From positions 1-64,000 of the IMG/VR virus record IMGVR_UViG_3300008263_000022: 64,000 nt of DNA. One strand, written 5' to 3'. Position 1 is the first letter of the stretch. Each line of letters starts with the position of its first letter. Below the pieces are notes generated by a model. That model was given only the letters and a program-made list of their open reading frames with translations, was not told the origin of the DNA and ran no database searches. The position numbers were made by a program, and so were the translations under genes. This document shows positions 17,928 through 28,715 of the stretch, piece by piece. Origin of the DNA: a virus.

Positions 17928-19947
17928 TATGCAATCATTCCTATAAATCGATTTAGTACAACACGGTTAGATAACCTGTTACCAGCATATTTACTGAATG
18001 CTGACACCAGACCACGAGTAGTAGCATTTTCTTTTACATGAAATTCTACACCATCATCAGTATCTAGGCCTTCTGAACGGAGTAAATAATATTCATCAAA
18101 GCCAGCATTGGTAATAATTTTATATTTCTCTTTACGGAACTCGGCTTTTAATTTCATATGGTCACTAGCTCTAGGATAGAATGTGTGTGCAACACGGCCA
18201 AACTCACGAGCAGACAATACATAGAATCCCGAATCACTAAGACCTTTTCTTTACCATAACCGCCACCTAAATCTAAATCAGGATTATTATAACCAGATAG
18301 TTGTTTTTCTTTGCCATCGGTGTGTGTATGTGAGAACAAAACATTTCTTACTGGATTGCCTTCACCATCGGTTAGAAATACTGTATTGACAATTTGCAAC
18401 TTGTAGTTCTTTTGAAACTCAGGTATAATCTTCATAGCAGCAATCACGGATTCATAGAGTGGTGTACCACCAAGATGAAACCAATCTGGACGGCAAGACC
18501 GTGGATTAACACAATGTACTAAAGCAGAAGAAGCGTAAGTGAATTCAGAAGCCGACATTTTGCTTGATAACAAGTTCATCAATTTAAAATTATGTAAGTC
18601 TAAATCACCCACTTTGAAATCGACACTATACTTGTCAGTATGTTCGGATGTAAAAGCATATACTTCGTAAGGAATATTTACCTTCTTACAGAACATTACT
18701 AGATTGATTAATTGCTTGACCGTGTTCTCCATGTGGTCAGACATAGATCCAGACCAATCAAGGAACATAATAAGGCCATGAGATTTACCTTCAGGCAAAA
18801 CTGTCATACGTTTAAAAATGTCTTCGGTAAATTTATACGCATAAACTTTGTTCATGTTTAATTCACCAGTTTTAGAAATCGATGCACGTTTTTGCTGGTC
18901 AGCATTTTTACGCAATTCAAATTCTTTGGCCAAATAACTAACAACTTTTTTGGCGTCATTACGAATTTTCATAAAAGCAGGTGTGTCGATACCAGAAATG
19001 TTGTATTTACCCAAATCATTTTTGTATTCTGTCCATAACTGTTTGTATGAAACAACTGCACGTTTTAAATCGATATCATTAATGTTACCATAGTAATAAT
19101 GTCTATTACTCGATTCAAATAATTTACTTTCGTTTTGACGATATGATTTATCAGTCAAAGAATCAACTTCTTGACCAGAATCTCCACCATCATGGCTAGT
19201 TCTTTCATCTTTGTATTCATCTTCAATTTCATCCATTGATTCATCGGCTTGAGAATTCGATTGTGAAAATTTCTCCATGGTGTCATCATCATAATCATCA
19301 GAATCTTCGTAACCGTCAGATTCAAACTCACCATCAGGATCTTCTTCGAATTCAGATTCTTCAAATTCAGGATTTTGCAATTTGCGTTGTTCGGATTCTT
19401 CTTTCAAATAATCCATAACGTCATACGCAAGCTTGATGACATCATCATATGATTCGGTATTTTCTATACGTTGAACTAACGATTTTTCAAAATCAGTAAA
19501 ACAAATACCTTGTGCAGCTCCGCCTTTTGTATAGAGATTAACCCGGTCAATAAAATTCATATCATTGAGATCCGTGCCGTTTGTGCCAAAGAAATCTTTT
19601 TCAATTAGTTCACGGTAGCCACGGACAAAAGAGGAACGAATGCCGGGATATTTGTTTTTGATTTTTCTTTCAATACGGGAATCTTCCAGCACATTCATAA
19701 TACCCATTGGTATCTTTTCTTCGTGTGCTTTCATCATGCCGTCTAGGGGAGTGTATAGAGCATGGCCCACTTCGTGACCTAGAAAAAGGTCATAGAGATA
19801 ACCTGAGATGTTTTTATCGAGAACGGGAACGGTCAATACACGGTTCTTCACATCAAATGCGGCCGTGTTGGTATTGCGCTGTTCGATTGTCAGATTCTCA
19901 TTTGCCATTAGTTTGGCAAGTAACGATTTAGATTGAATTAGTTCCAT
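17927..19947 (-). CDS. CobT-like peptidase/VWA protein, frame broken near 18228
   Basis: HEVGH metallopeptidase motif, NVLEDSRIE, acidic linker, MIDAS DWSGSM, GGTPL, LTDGE. The C-terminus (GFYVLSAREF...VLNRFIGMIA) is in a different frame (ORF 17927..18217). Confidence 0.8.
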
Positions 19948-19969
19948 AGATTCTCCGAGTTAATAATAG

Positions 19970-20033
19970 TATTATCTCATAAAAATCATCTACCGTCAAG
20001 CGGTAACTTTCAGGCTGTTGTTTTTATACAACG
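19970..20033 (-). promoter_or_regulatory. promoter with TGTTGT-N6-ACAAC operator
   Basis: TTGACG...GATAAT; tgttgtttttatacaacg at 20016-20033. Confidence 0.65.
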
Positions 20034-20128
20034 CTCTGATCTGATAAGGCTTTTAGGTAGAGTTTTCCTTCTCTATATTCCATTTCAATCGCTTGGCCTT
20101 CTTTCCAATGCAAATATGCTCAGGATTG

Positions 20129-20356
20129 CTATTCATATCTTTTTCCTTCGTTTTTATCGAAAATTCGCTGTTCGATTGCTGTTGCAAGCTCTTCGGCAAG
20201 AGCAGGATTGAACTTTACCAGAAAATGAGCAACATCATCAGCTGGTATATGACGCAAATTGTGCATAATTTCGTCAATTCCTCTATATATTTGTGTTTCT
20301 TCCCATTGTTGTAACATACTTACCTCACATTTTATAAAAAGTTTCATTAGGAACAA
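20129..20356 (-). CDS. hypothetical protein
   Basis: Probable start MLQQWEE after GAGG. Confidence 0.55.
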   Translation of the reverse strand: MFLMKLFIKCEVSMLQQWEETQIYRGIDEIMHNLRHIPADDVAHFLVKFNPALAEELATAIEQRIFDKNEGKRYE

Positions 20357-20498
20357 TATTTTTGCCTTCTCTTTTCGCTTTTCCGAGCGAATGAAGCAAT
20401 TTTAACTCAATTTCAAGCTCATTGGCAGACAAATTTTGCAAGTATTCCTCATAATCGTCCCAATCTTCATCACTCCAACCTTTTGGACTCATTTTTGA

Positions 20499-20897
20499 CT
20501 ATCTCCGCATGCTGGAAATTTCTTTTGCTTCAGTATCCGTAAAAACCGGTACAGCATTTGATTTGTGCATTGTAGCAATACCTTTCATTTTGTTGCCGGT
20601 GTACGAATTTGGAACAGGTTTTGTCAAAGCGATAAAACCAGTATCTACGGACGCAAAGTGGGGAGTTTCACGGCCTGCAGGAATCTTGTAAGATGGAAAA
20701 CTGTTGAAAATCTTCGTGGATTTATTTTTACTGAAATTGGTAGATATAGAATTGATAGAAGCTAACCACTCTTGATTCTGAGTTTGCTTCGCCTTTGAAA
20801 CTTTCCGTTTTTTAGATTTTGGAATATATCCGTAAATAATCATAACAATTCTCCAGTGTAGAAGAACCATTATACTATAGGAATAGGGGAATGTCAA
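20499..20897 (-). CDS. conserved phage basic protein
   Basis: YTGNKMKGIATMHKSNAVPVF...AKEISSMRR; the real start is probably MIIYGY. Confidence 0.7.
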   Translation of the reverse strand: MTFPYSYSIMVLLHWRIVMIIYGYIPKSKKRKVSKAKQTQNQEWLASINSISTNFSKNKSTKIFNSFPSYKIPAGRETPHFASVDTGFIALTKPVPNSYTGNKMKGIATMHKSNAVPVFTDTEAKEISSMRR

Positions 20898-20921
20898 TAG
20901 ATGTGTTGTGTCGGAACAACA
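20867..20921 (-). promoter_or_regulatory. promoter with TGTTGT-N6-ACAACA operator
   Basis: TTGACA-17-TATAAT; tgttgtgtcggaacaaca at 20904-20921. Confidence 0.75.
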
Positions 20922-20995
20922 TTAATACCAATACCTTTTATTTGAAACGGCAGCATACTTACTTATACTGAAAAAAACAAAAAATAGTGGTATTT

Positions 20996-21178
20996 TTAAG
21001 AATTCTTACTATGTGAAATTTCAAGTTCTTCGAATTCTTCAACTTGCCAATTTTTTAATTGTTTTTTTACTTCTGGATGTTCGCCTCTACGTTTTTTATT
21101 GTGTAATACTGTTTTGGCGTAAATGTAGTCATCGTTATAATCTTTATTTTTACGAAACTTACCTACAAACTTTGTCAC
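20996..21178 (-). CDS. hypothetical protein
   Basis: 60-aa basic ORF. Confidence 0.5.
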   Translation of the reverse strand: MTKFVGKFRKNKDYNDDYIYAKTVLHNKKRRGEHPEVKKQLKNWQVEEFEELEISHSKNS

Positions 21179-21187
21179 TTGGTTCTC

Positions 21188-21559
21188 CTATTTCATGGTT
21201 TCAAAATTGATGCCTTTTATCTTAGTTTCAGGCATATTGAACATATCATCCTCCGAAATATAGGTTATATTTGCATCAGGATAACAAGCTTTTATTATTT
21301 TGAGTAATTGGCAGACCGTGCCATCCGAATCATTGAATGAAAACACCTCATCAACTATTTTTAAACCTTTTATGATATTCCTACGAGATTCATAATTCTG
21401 AACAAAACCACCGTCACACCAAGCAAGATACCAATCAGAGTGTACGCCGACAGCTAACCAATCACCTTTTCTTCTACACTTCTGTAAGAAACTTAATTCG
21501 TGATTGCTTAATGGATCGAATTTTCCTGATACTACGACTATTCTATCTTGCGGATGCAT
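21188..21559 (-). CDS. cytidylyltransferase-like (HIGH-fold) protein
   Basis: VVSGKFDPLSNHE, LAVGVHSD, VDEVFSFND; the HxGH motif is degenerate. Confidence 0.7.
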   Translation of the reverse strand: MHPQDRIVVVSGKFDPLSNHELSFLQKCRRKGDWLAVGVHSDWYLAWCDGGFVQNYESRRNIIKGLKIVDEVFSFNDSDGTVCQLLKIIKACYPDANITYISEDDMFNMPETKIKGINFETMK

Positions 21560-21981
21560 TACGGTAAAAGTTGTGGAAAAGCCTCTTTAACAAACTTATA
21601 GTTTAAACCTTTAACACCTAAATCTTTACTTAATATACCAATAACAACTTCTGCTTCACGAGGTTCAAGAGATTCAATTAATTGTAATAGTAACTGTTTT
21701 CTTTTTTCGTCAGATAATTTTTCTGCTGTGGCATCACCTTTTTTGAACAAATACAATTTTCTAATTTCTGTGGATAACTGACACCTAGAAATTCCAGGCA
21801 AAGTGTCAGGAATTTTATATTCGTTTGGCATTTCATTTATTAGCCATTCATAATCGGGGTGAAAAGCCAACTCAAGTACCTGTATTAGTGTTCTCGATAA
21901 ATTCTTCTCAATGACTGCTAATTTTTCTTTTTTTGATGAAGCCATTTCAAACTCATCAAATATCTCATATATGTTTTTCAT
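21559..21981 (-). CDS. conserved T4-like hypothetical protein
   Basis: IYEIFDE...KRKQLLLQLIESLEPREAE...VKEAFP; this type of gene usually sits beside rnh. Confidence 0.7.
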   Translation of the reverse strand: MKNIYEIFDEFEMASSKKEKLAVIEKNLSRTLIQVLELAFHPDYEWLINEMPNEYKIPDTLPGISRCQLSTEIRKLYLFKKGDATAEKLSDEKRKQLLLQLIESLEPREAEVVIGILSKDLGVKGLNYKFVKEAFPQLLP

Positions 21982-22826
21982 TAGAATTCCTCTATCACAT
22001 CCATTAAATTTTTAAGTTTATGTTCCATAAAATAATTCAGTAACTTACCTTTAGCCGGTTTTGTTTCTTCATAATTATTTATAATTTTTCTTTTGATATC
22101 ACCTGGAATGTTTCTAAGGTCGATCAAGGTTTGATTCCTTGAAAACCCAACCTTGGCCGCATCATCTTGCCAATCACCATAATCTTCGGTCATATATTTC
22201 TCAATAACCTTTTGTGTGATAGGTTTTTGCCTCAGGTCACGAACAAAACAATCTGATGGTGAAAACACATTTGGTATACCATCACCTTTATCTCCACGAA
22301 TAATCTTTTCCTTTAACTCTAGAAGTGGATTATGTGATTTTATATATTTCTTTTGTGATGGATTGTATTGTTTGACATTATTACCATACATCTGTAATTG
22401 TAAGAAATCTCCGTCACTCGATAGAATCAAAATCTTTTGGCTTGGAGCATAGATTGGAACCAAGGTACCAATGATATCATCAGCTTCAGCACCCTCAACA
22501 TCAATTACTTTATATGGAAAGTTTTCTTTGAGTTCCTGTTTTAACTTAGCAAGAATATCAAAAATAAGATGCCAATCTAAATCAGATTTTTCTCTGGTCT
22601 TTTTTCTACCAGCTTTATAAAATGGAAAAAAATCTTTACGCCAATATTTACGATTATCACAACAAAGTACAATCTCACCATACTCATTTTTAAAATTCTT
22701 CACATGAGTGCGTATGATGTTTAATACCATATGGCGTATTAAACTTTCTTCCAATTTGCCTTTCTGATTAGCAATTTGTGCCATTAGACCAGCAAGTAAC
22801 ACTTGATTCAAATCAACTAAGACCAT
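21981..22826 (-). CDS. rnh: T4-like RNase H / 5'-3' exonuclease
   Basis: VLVDLNQ, YWRKDFFPFYKAGR, EADDII, SSDGDF, GDKGDGIPN. Confidence 0.93.
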   Translation of the reverse strand: MVLVDLNQVLLAGLMAQIANQKGKLEESLIRHMVLNIIRTHVKNFKNEYGEIVLCCDNRKYWRKDFFPFYKAGRKKTREKSDLDWHLIFDILAKLKQELKENFPYKVIDVEGAEADDIIGTLVPIYAPSQKILILSSDGDFLQLQMYGNNVKQYNPSQKKYIKSHNPLLELKEKIIRGDKGDGIPNVFSPSDCFVRDLRQKPITQKVIEKYMTEDYGDWQDDAAKVGFSRNQTLIDLRNIPGDIKRKIINNYEETKPAKGKLLNYFMEHKLKNLMDVIEEF

Positions 22827-22864
22827 AATAAACTTTCAATAGTTTCCAATAAGATTCTATTGTA

Positions 22865-23209
22865 TCATGCTTTTTGTATTTTGTCAACTATTTTGTCAAC
22901 AATTTTTTGTGATGTGGTGGTCTTTTTGGCAATTATACCAAGCCAGCCTGATGGTATGAGTCCTGAAATGTATTCTAATGGATCTGGTAATATGGCATCG
23001 AAATGATCAAAGTCAATATACTTATCTTCTAATTCATCATTACGAAATAGTATAATATGATATGCATCACCCATAGCGCTACCATCAATCTTTTCTCCAG
23101 GATTGGCATAATCCTGTCCTTGGATTTGTATTGAATTTTCTTTATCACCATCTAAGAATGTTAAGAAATCAAACTTATCATTCTTTAGTGGTCTGAGAAA
23201 GTCTAGCAT
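22865..23209 (-). CDS. hypothetical protein
   Basis: 114-aa ORF. Confidence 0.6.
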   Translation of the reverse strand: MLDFLRPLKNDKFDFLTFLDGDKENSIQIQGQDYANPGEKIDGSAMGDAYHIILFRNDELEDKYIDFDHFDAILPDPLEYISGLIPSGWLGIIAKKTTTSQKIVDKIVDKIQKA

Positions 23210-23615
23210 TATATTCCTTTATGTGTGATCTTCTAACTCTTACCATTATCCATGTGTTATAGTAATCTTCCGATTCCATTACACCACGAACAAACTGTTC
23301 TTTTGCTTCGAGATAACCACATTCACCTTTAGATTTACATAAATGTAGGATTTCACGTACAAATTTTTCATGTCCTAATTGTAACACATCTTTCTGTAGG
23401 TTGTCACTACTTCCATAGTAAGTTTGCCAGTTTGAGAAAACCTTTGTTTTTTTCTTTCTCCCATTGACTTGTTTGGTTTTGGTAGAATAAAAGAATTTCT
23501 TACCTATGTATTTTTTACCATTCGTCAGATTAGTTATCTGATACACGAACCCGTAATTATTACCAATCAAATCTTCCGTAAAATCTTTACCATCATATTG
23601 CCAGTTTAGTCCCAT
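23178..23615 (-). CDS. GIY-YIG endonuclease (endonuclease II-like)
   Basis: GFVYQITN...YIGKK, YYGSS, YLEAKEQF, YYN. Confidence 0.85.
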   Translation of the reverse strand: MGLNWQYDGKDFTEDLIGNNYGFVYQITNLTNGKKYIGKKFFYSTKTKQVNGRKKKTKVFSNWQTYYGSSDNLQKDVLQLGHEKFVREILHLCKSKGECGYLEAKEQFVRGVMESEDYYNTWIMVRVRRSHIKEYNARLSQTTKE

Positions 23616-23794
23616 TCCTTAGTATCCAAATCATTGTCATCATCCTCTATATAGTCCTCGGATAATTCTTCGATTTGTTCACCGCAAAATGGGCAATACT
23701 CTGGCAGTTCTTGTGAAACCATTTCTTCCATATATGATACACTATAAGTTGATTCACAATTCAGGCAGTCGCCTGATAATGATTTGTTTGTCAT
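23606..23794 (-). CDS. small zinc-ribbon protein
   Basis: CLNC...CPFCG with an acidic tail. Confidence 0.75.
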   Translation of the reverse strand: MTNKSLSGDCLNCESTYSVSYMEEMVSQELPEYCPFCGEQIEELSEDYIEDDDNDLDTKEWD

Positions 23795-23803
23795 TTGATT
23801 TCC

Positions 23804-24790
23804 TTAATGAGCCCACACATCACCCCAATTTCCTGATAAAGCTCCTTTTGCGTAATCAGTAGCACGATTCTCAAAGAAATTAGTATGTGTTGGTGCGTTA
23901 ATCATTTCTTCCACCCACGGTAGAGGATTCTTTTTCACTTTAAACACACCTTTGAGTCCTAAAGAAATTAGGCGGCGGTCTGCAATATAACGAATATACT
24001 TCTTAACATCTTCTGAAGATAAACCTTCCATTTCATTTACACCAAATGCAAGGTCAATAAACTTATCTTCTAGTTGAACCATTCTTTCTGCAATCGTGTA
24101 TATTTTTCCTTTGAGATCATCATTCCAAATCTCACGATTTTCTTCTATGTATGTTCTAAACAATTTAACCATAGACTCTGCGTGTTGAGTTTCATCAACA
24201 ATCGACCATGTGATAATCTGACCCATACCTTTCATTTTACCTTGGCGAGCAAAATTCAATAACATAATGAATGAACTGAATAGTTGCATACCCTCGGTAA
24301 AGGCTGAGAACACGGCAATATGTGTTGCGGTATTCTCTCTAGTGGTATTCTTACTGGAGATATCCATAACATAGTCATGTTTCTCTCTCATTGCTTCATA
24401 CTCTAGGAACTCATTGTAAGTGGTTTCAGGTAGACCTAATGTTTCGATAAGATGTGAGTAGGCGGCAATATGTAATGATTCTCGGGCAGCGAATCCTGTG
24501 AGCATCATGCGAATCTCTGGTTGTGGAAAGTATGGCAGATAGTTCTTAACATAACCACCAGCCACATCAATATCACCTTGTGTAAAGAAACGGAAGATTT
24601 GTGTTAGGAATGTTTTTTCTTCTTTAGTTAATTTTTTCTTCCAATCTTTTACATCCTCTGACATAGGAACTTCGGTGTGCAACCAATGAGATTGCTCATG
24701 TTTCAACCAAGCTTCATATGCCCAAGGATAATTAAAAGGTTTGAAATAGTTGCGCTCTTCCGAAAGATTTGATTCTATTTTTTTTATCAT
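23804..24790 (-). CDS. nrdB: ribonucleotide reductase class I beta subunit
   Basis: RESLH, EGMQLFSSF and DETQH diiron ligands; NFFE C-terminus. Confidence 0.95.
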   Translation of the reverse strand: MIKKIESNLSEERNYFKPFNYPWAYEAWLKHEQSHWLHTEVPMSEDVKDWKKKLTKEEKTFLTQIFRFFTQGDIDVAGGYVKNYLPYFPQPEIRMMLTGFAARESLHIAAYSHLIETLGLPETTYNEFLEYEAMREKHDYVMDISSKNTTRENTATHIAVFSAFTEGMQLFSSFIMLLNFARQGKMKGMGQIITWSIVDETQHAESMVKLFRTYIEENREIWNDDLKGKIYTIAERMVQLEDKFIDLAFGVNEMEGLSSEDVKKYIRYIADRRLISLGLKGVFKVKKNPLPWVEEMINAPTHTNFFENRATDYAKGALSGNWGDVWAH

Positions 24791-24809
24791 TATTGTTTTC
24801 CTTTAAAAA

Positions 24810-26600
24810 TTAGCCTTCGCAAGCCAAACATTCGTTGCCTTGAGCAATAGCGCTCATATCTAATTCTTTAATCACTTCTCTTTCAATTTTTTTGGCAACT
24901 TTGTCTGCTTTACCAATTTTCTCAGAACGACAATAGTATAGAGTTTTCAATCCTTTTTTCCATGCAAGAAAATGACAAGCATGGAGATACTTCAAATTAA
25001 CATCTGGTCTAAAGAACAAATTAAGTGACTGTGCTTGGTCGATATACTGTTGTCTATCAGAAGCCAATTCAATCACCCAACGTTGGTCAATTTCCATGGA
25101 TGTTTTAAATACATCTTTATCATGGTCAGACATCCATTCTAAATGTTGAACAGAACCATCATTAGCAATAATAGATGACCAAACATCATTATACCAATCT
25201 TCTGGTTTATCCTGTGATAGTTTAATAATCAATTCATTCAACCAACGATTCTTGTTTAGATATGCTCCTGATAAGGTGTCTTGTCTGTAAGCATTAGCAC
25301 GATATGGCTCAATACTAGGACTGGTGTTGCCCATAATAATAGAGCTTGATGCGTTTGGGGCAATAGCCATAACATGAGAGAACCGTAGACCGGTGCCAAC
25401 ACAATCAGGAGGAGAGCCACGTTCTGTACCCAATTCGAGATTTGCATTATTTAATCCTTCTCTAATATGTTTAAATATTTTATTGTTTGCAACTTTGGCC
25501 ATTACTCCTTCAAAAGCAATGCCATTGCGCTGTAGATAAGCATGGAACCCAAGAGCACCGATGCCAATAGAACGCTCTCGCTCGGCACTAAACTTTGCAC
25601 GAGCAATAGCATCAGGAGCATTAGCGATGAAGTAATTGAGGACGTTATCAAGCATTTCGGCAACGTCCTTAAGAAATAATGGTTCAGACTTCCATTCATC
25701 GTAGTTCTCCAAGTTTAAAGAAGATAAACAACATACAGCTGTTCGCTCTTCATTTGTGGGTAGAATAATTTCAGAGCAAAGATTTGATTGATGAATCCTT
25801 AAACCTTTGTCTTTGAGAAACTGTGGCATCTCACGATTGCTTGTATCGATATAGTGAATGTATGGTTCACCTGTCATCATACGAAGCTCTAGAATTTTCT
25901 GCCAAAGTTCTTTTGCAGATACAACCTCTCTTACTTCGCCTGAATGTGGATCTTTTAATTCCCAATCATCTTTTGCTTCAGGATCCAACATACACGTTTC
26001 GATGATGTGCATGAAGTCATCGGTGATATTAATACCGTGATGTAAATTTAAACAACGAACATTGGGATCGCCTGTCGGCTTTCGCATCTCTAAGAAAGAG
26101 ATAATATCTGGATGAGAGATATTGAGATAAGCAGCATAGCTGCCCCTGCGAGTGCGACCTTGCCTGTATGCCAAAGAACTGGCGTCATAGATTTTGAGGT
26201 GAGGCATGACACCAGTAGATTTATCGTCTGCTGAACGAATACCAAAGCCAATACCAACACCACCCCCGAGCATAGAAAGCCAATTAGTTTCTGATAGATT
26301 ATCAACTAGTCCCTCCGCAGTATCTTCAATATAGTTAAGGAAACATGATATAGGCATCCCACGCTTAGAACGACCAAAAGAAAGAATGGGAGTAGAATAA
26401 GACAACCAATGTTTGCTAGAGTAGTTGTATAATCTCTGTGCGTGTTCCGGATTGGAACTAAACGATTTTGATACGAATGCGAATCTATGTTGTGGTGATT
26501 CTTCATCTTCTTTCATGTAACTTTCTTTAAGTCTTTTAATTCCAAGTTCGTCAAATAATTTATCTTTTTCTAAATCTATACTGATGCCTAGGTATTCCAT
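24810..26600 (-). CDS. nrdA: ribonucleotide reductase class I alpha subunit (no ATP cone)
   Basis: ISCF, SNLCSEI, VCCL, APNASSS, KTLYYC, C-terminal CLACEG. Confidence 0.95.
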   Translation of the reverse strand: MEYLGISIDLEKDKLFDELGIKRLKESYMKEDEESPQHRFAFVSKSFSSNPEHAQRLYNYSSKHWLSYSTPILSFGRSKRGMPISCFLNYIEDTAEGLVDNLSETNWLSMLGGGVGIGFGIRSADDKSTGVMPHLKIYDASSLAYRQGRTRRGSYAAYLNISHPDIISFLEMRKPTGDPNVRCLNLHHGINITDDFMHIIETCMLDPEAKDDWELKDPHSGEVREVVSAKELWQKILELRMMTGEPYIHYIDTSNREMPQFLKDKGLRIHQSNLCSEIILPTNEERTAVCCLSSLNLENYDEWKSEPLFLKDVAEMLDNVLNYFIANAPDAIARAKFSAERERSIGIGALGFHAYLQRNGIAFEGVMAKVANNKIFKHIREGLNNANLELGTERGSPPDCVGTGLRFSHVMAIAPNASSSIIMGNTSPSIEPYRANAYRQDTLSGAYLNKNRWLNELIIKLSQDKPEDWYNDVWSSIIANDGSVQHLEWMSDHDKDVFKTSMEIDQRWVIELASDRQQYIDQAQSLNLFFRPDVNLKYLHACHFLAWKKGLKTLYYCRSEKIGKADKVAKKIEREVIKELDMSAIAQGNECLACEG

Positions 26601-26617
26601 GTATTCGCCTTACCTTA

Positions 26618-27262
26618 TTATTGTGTTATAAATTCTTTAATCATGGGAAAAATCGGTTCAATTGCATCAGCACAAGCCAAAGCGATTTCACGATGTTCTT
26701 TTTGTGTTTCCTTTCCGCTTCGTAGTTGTATATAGTGAACCCAAGACCGCATAGTTCCATTCATATACAACTTTGAAACGGTAATACCTTCAGGCAATAC
26801 AGATCGGGCCTGTTCTTTTGCAATACCATGTTCAATAGCCCAACGATATGCTCTTTCTGCTGCTACTATAACATAATCTTGTTGTGTTTCCCAATTCAAC
26901 TTCAAACCAATGTTATCTGTTTCAATACTATTCTGCCGATTTTTTTCGTCTTGTAATCTGGCTTCTTTAAATTCAAAGCCTAAATCTGCTACTGCATATC
27001 TTTGAGAAAACTCTTGGAATGAAAAGGAACGATGTCGTAGTATTTGTCTTGCTATATCTCTTGTAGTTTCAATTTCTAAACAAACATTCACCATTTCAAG
27101 TGGTGACCAGTGTTGATGCTTAATCAAATAACGGACTAACTTTTCAGCGGTGTCGTTATTATCTTGATTTGATGGGTTTGAAACTCTAGCGGCATATGCT
27201 ACTTGCTCTAATAAGTTTTTACCATCTGTTCCTTGTGTGTATGATATTAATTTTACATTCAT
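26618..27262 (-). CDS. thyX: FAD-dependent thymidylate synthase
   Basis: HWSPLE, RHRSFSFQEFSQRY (RHR-x7-S), AKEQAR, TQKEHRE. Confidence 0.95.
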   Translation of the reverse strand: MNVKLISYTQGTDGKNLLEQVAYAARVSNPSNQDNNDTAEKLVRYLIKHQHWSPLEMVNVCLEIETTRDIARQILRHRSFSFQEFSQRYAVADLGFEFKEARLQDEKNRQNSIETDNIGLKLNWETQQDYVIVAAERAYRWAIEHGIAKEQARSVLPEGITVSKLYMNGTMRSWVHYIQLRSGKETQKEHREIALACADAIEPIFPMIKEFITQ

Positions 27263-28275
27263 TATGTTTTTTTCCAACTCACGAATTCCATCTTTGCTCT
27301 AAGATTTACAAAGGTATTTTTACTTATAATATCTTGGATTTCATCTGGCGAAAAACCAGATAACACCATATCATTAATATCCTTTTCTTCAATCATTTCA
27401 GGCCATATAACAACATTAAAATGGTTATCTATGGCGTGTTCCATCTTAAAAACAATTTCTTTGTTACGTGGCTCATTGTCGAACACCAAAACCACCTTGG
27501 ACTTGTCCAATACATCGGTAATCGATTCCAAATTAGAGTCTGCTGTTGCCACTGCATTCTCTAAAAACATTGAATCAATAGGCCCCTCAAGTACATATAT
27601 TAATTCTTCTTCATTGATTTTGTCAAGCCCAAATACTTTTTTATTATCATCGTGTAGCTTTAAAGTTATGTATCTTAGCTTGGATTCTCCTAGCGCTCTC
27701 CCCTGTATTGCGACAAGGTTCTTTTCTTTGTCGTAGAACGGAATAACGAGGCGTTGGTCGTTTTTGTGAAGTCCCTCTTTTTCAATCCCGAGATTTTGTA
27801 TGAAGGCTGCGAAATCTTCCGCAAAGTATAATTGCGAATAAAAGGTCTCTGGAATCCTTCTTTGATGAACATAGTTCTTAGCAAAATGTGCTTCTGGTAA
27901 CGATTCGATTGATGGAAGTTCCAAGGCTTTCTTAAACTTTGGTGCCTCTTGTTTATACTCATCAAAATCCGGCTTGGGGTAGTTGTTGTTTCCGGTTTCT
28001 CCATTTTTATATCTTTCTAACTGATACTCTTTGAGAAGTGTATCGTCCACCTGTTTTAAAAAATTATAAAAAGTAGTTGATACACCACAATTATGACACA
28101 TATAAAAGTAATCATTTTTTTTGCGATAAACATAACCACGAGATTTTAATTTATTCTTTTGTGAGTCGCCACAAAGCGGACACCTGAAATTATAAAGGTC
28201 ATCCTTCTTCTTGGCAAACCTTTGTAATTTAGGCGATACTTGTAACAGGAAGCTCCTGTCAATAAAAACACTCAT
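27262..28275 (-). CDS. gp61: DNA primase (T4 gp61-like)
   Basis: Zn finger RCPLCGD...CHNC; TOPRIM EGPIDS, FDNEPRN, KDIND. Confidence 0.95.
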   Translation of the reverse strand: MSVFIDRSFLLQVSPKLQRFAKKKDDLYNFRCPLCGDSQKNKLKSRGYVYRKKNDYFYMCHNCGVSTTFYNFLKQVDDTLLKEYQLERYKNGETGNNNYPKPDFDEYKQEAPKFKKALELPSIESLPEAHFAKNYVHQRRIPETFYSQLYFAEDFAAFIQNLGIEKEGLHKNDQRLVIPFYDKEKNLVAIQGRALGESKLRYITLKLHDDNKKVFGLDKINEEELIYVLEGPIDSMFLENAVATADSNLESITDVLDKSKVVLVFDNEPRNKEIVFKMEHAIDNHFNVVIWPEMIEEKDINDMVLSGFSPDEIQDIISKNTFVNLRAKMEFVSWKKT

Positions 28276-28292
28276 AATATAAAACCAATCAA

Positions 28293-28715
28293 TTATTTAA
28301 TAAACTTGCTTATTGTATCAGGATTAACGTGAGATATCAACCACGAGATAGCAATAATACCACCGGCAACCATCCACTTCCATTTCAGTAAATTATCTAG
28401 AGCATCTTTTTCTTGTTTGTTATGATCATTCATATCTTTACGGAGAGATTTGAATTCATCCATAATTTCTTTATTTGAGGTTTCCATTTTATACAAAACG
28501 GTATCAATTCGCTGATGTATTTCTTTGATATCGGCATCTGTTTCTAGTCTGCGATTGTCCATGTCGGTATATACCTTTGCGATATGGCGGTCGTGTTGGT
28601 CCACCAGTTTTTCTATAACTTGGTCCATTTTATTACAAAGTGCAGATAAAGTCAATACTTGTGTTTTTAAAACACCAATGTCGACCTTGATATCGGTATC
28701 GTCAAACTCTGCCAT
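28293..28715 (-). CDS. coiled-coil protein with C-terminal TM helix
   Basis: Heptad pattern followed by WKWMVAGGIIAISWLI. Confidence 0.7.
   Translation of the reverse strand: MAEFDDTDIKVDIGVLKTQVLTLSALCNKMDQVIEKLVDQHDRHIAKVYTDMDNRRLETDADIKEIHQRIDTVLYKMETSNKEIMDEFKSLRKDMNDHNKQEKDALDNLLKWKWMVAGGIIAISWLISHVNPDTISKFIK

Noticed and set aside
27690-28004. Alternative-frame ORF inside primase with slightly raised GC
   Set aside because: No clear RBS or protein features; insufficient support.
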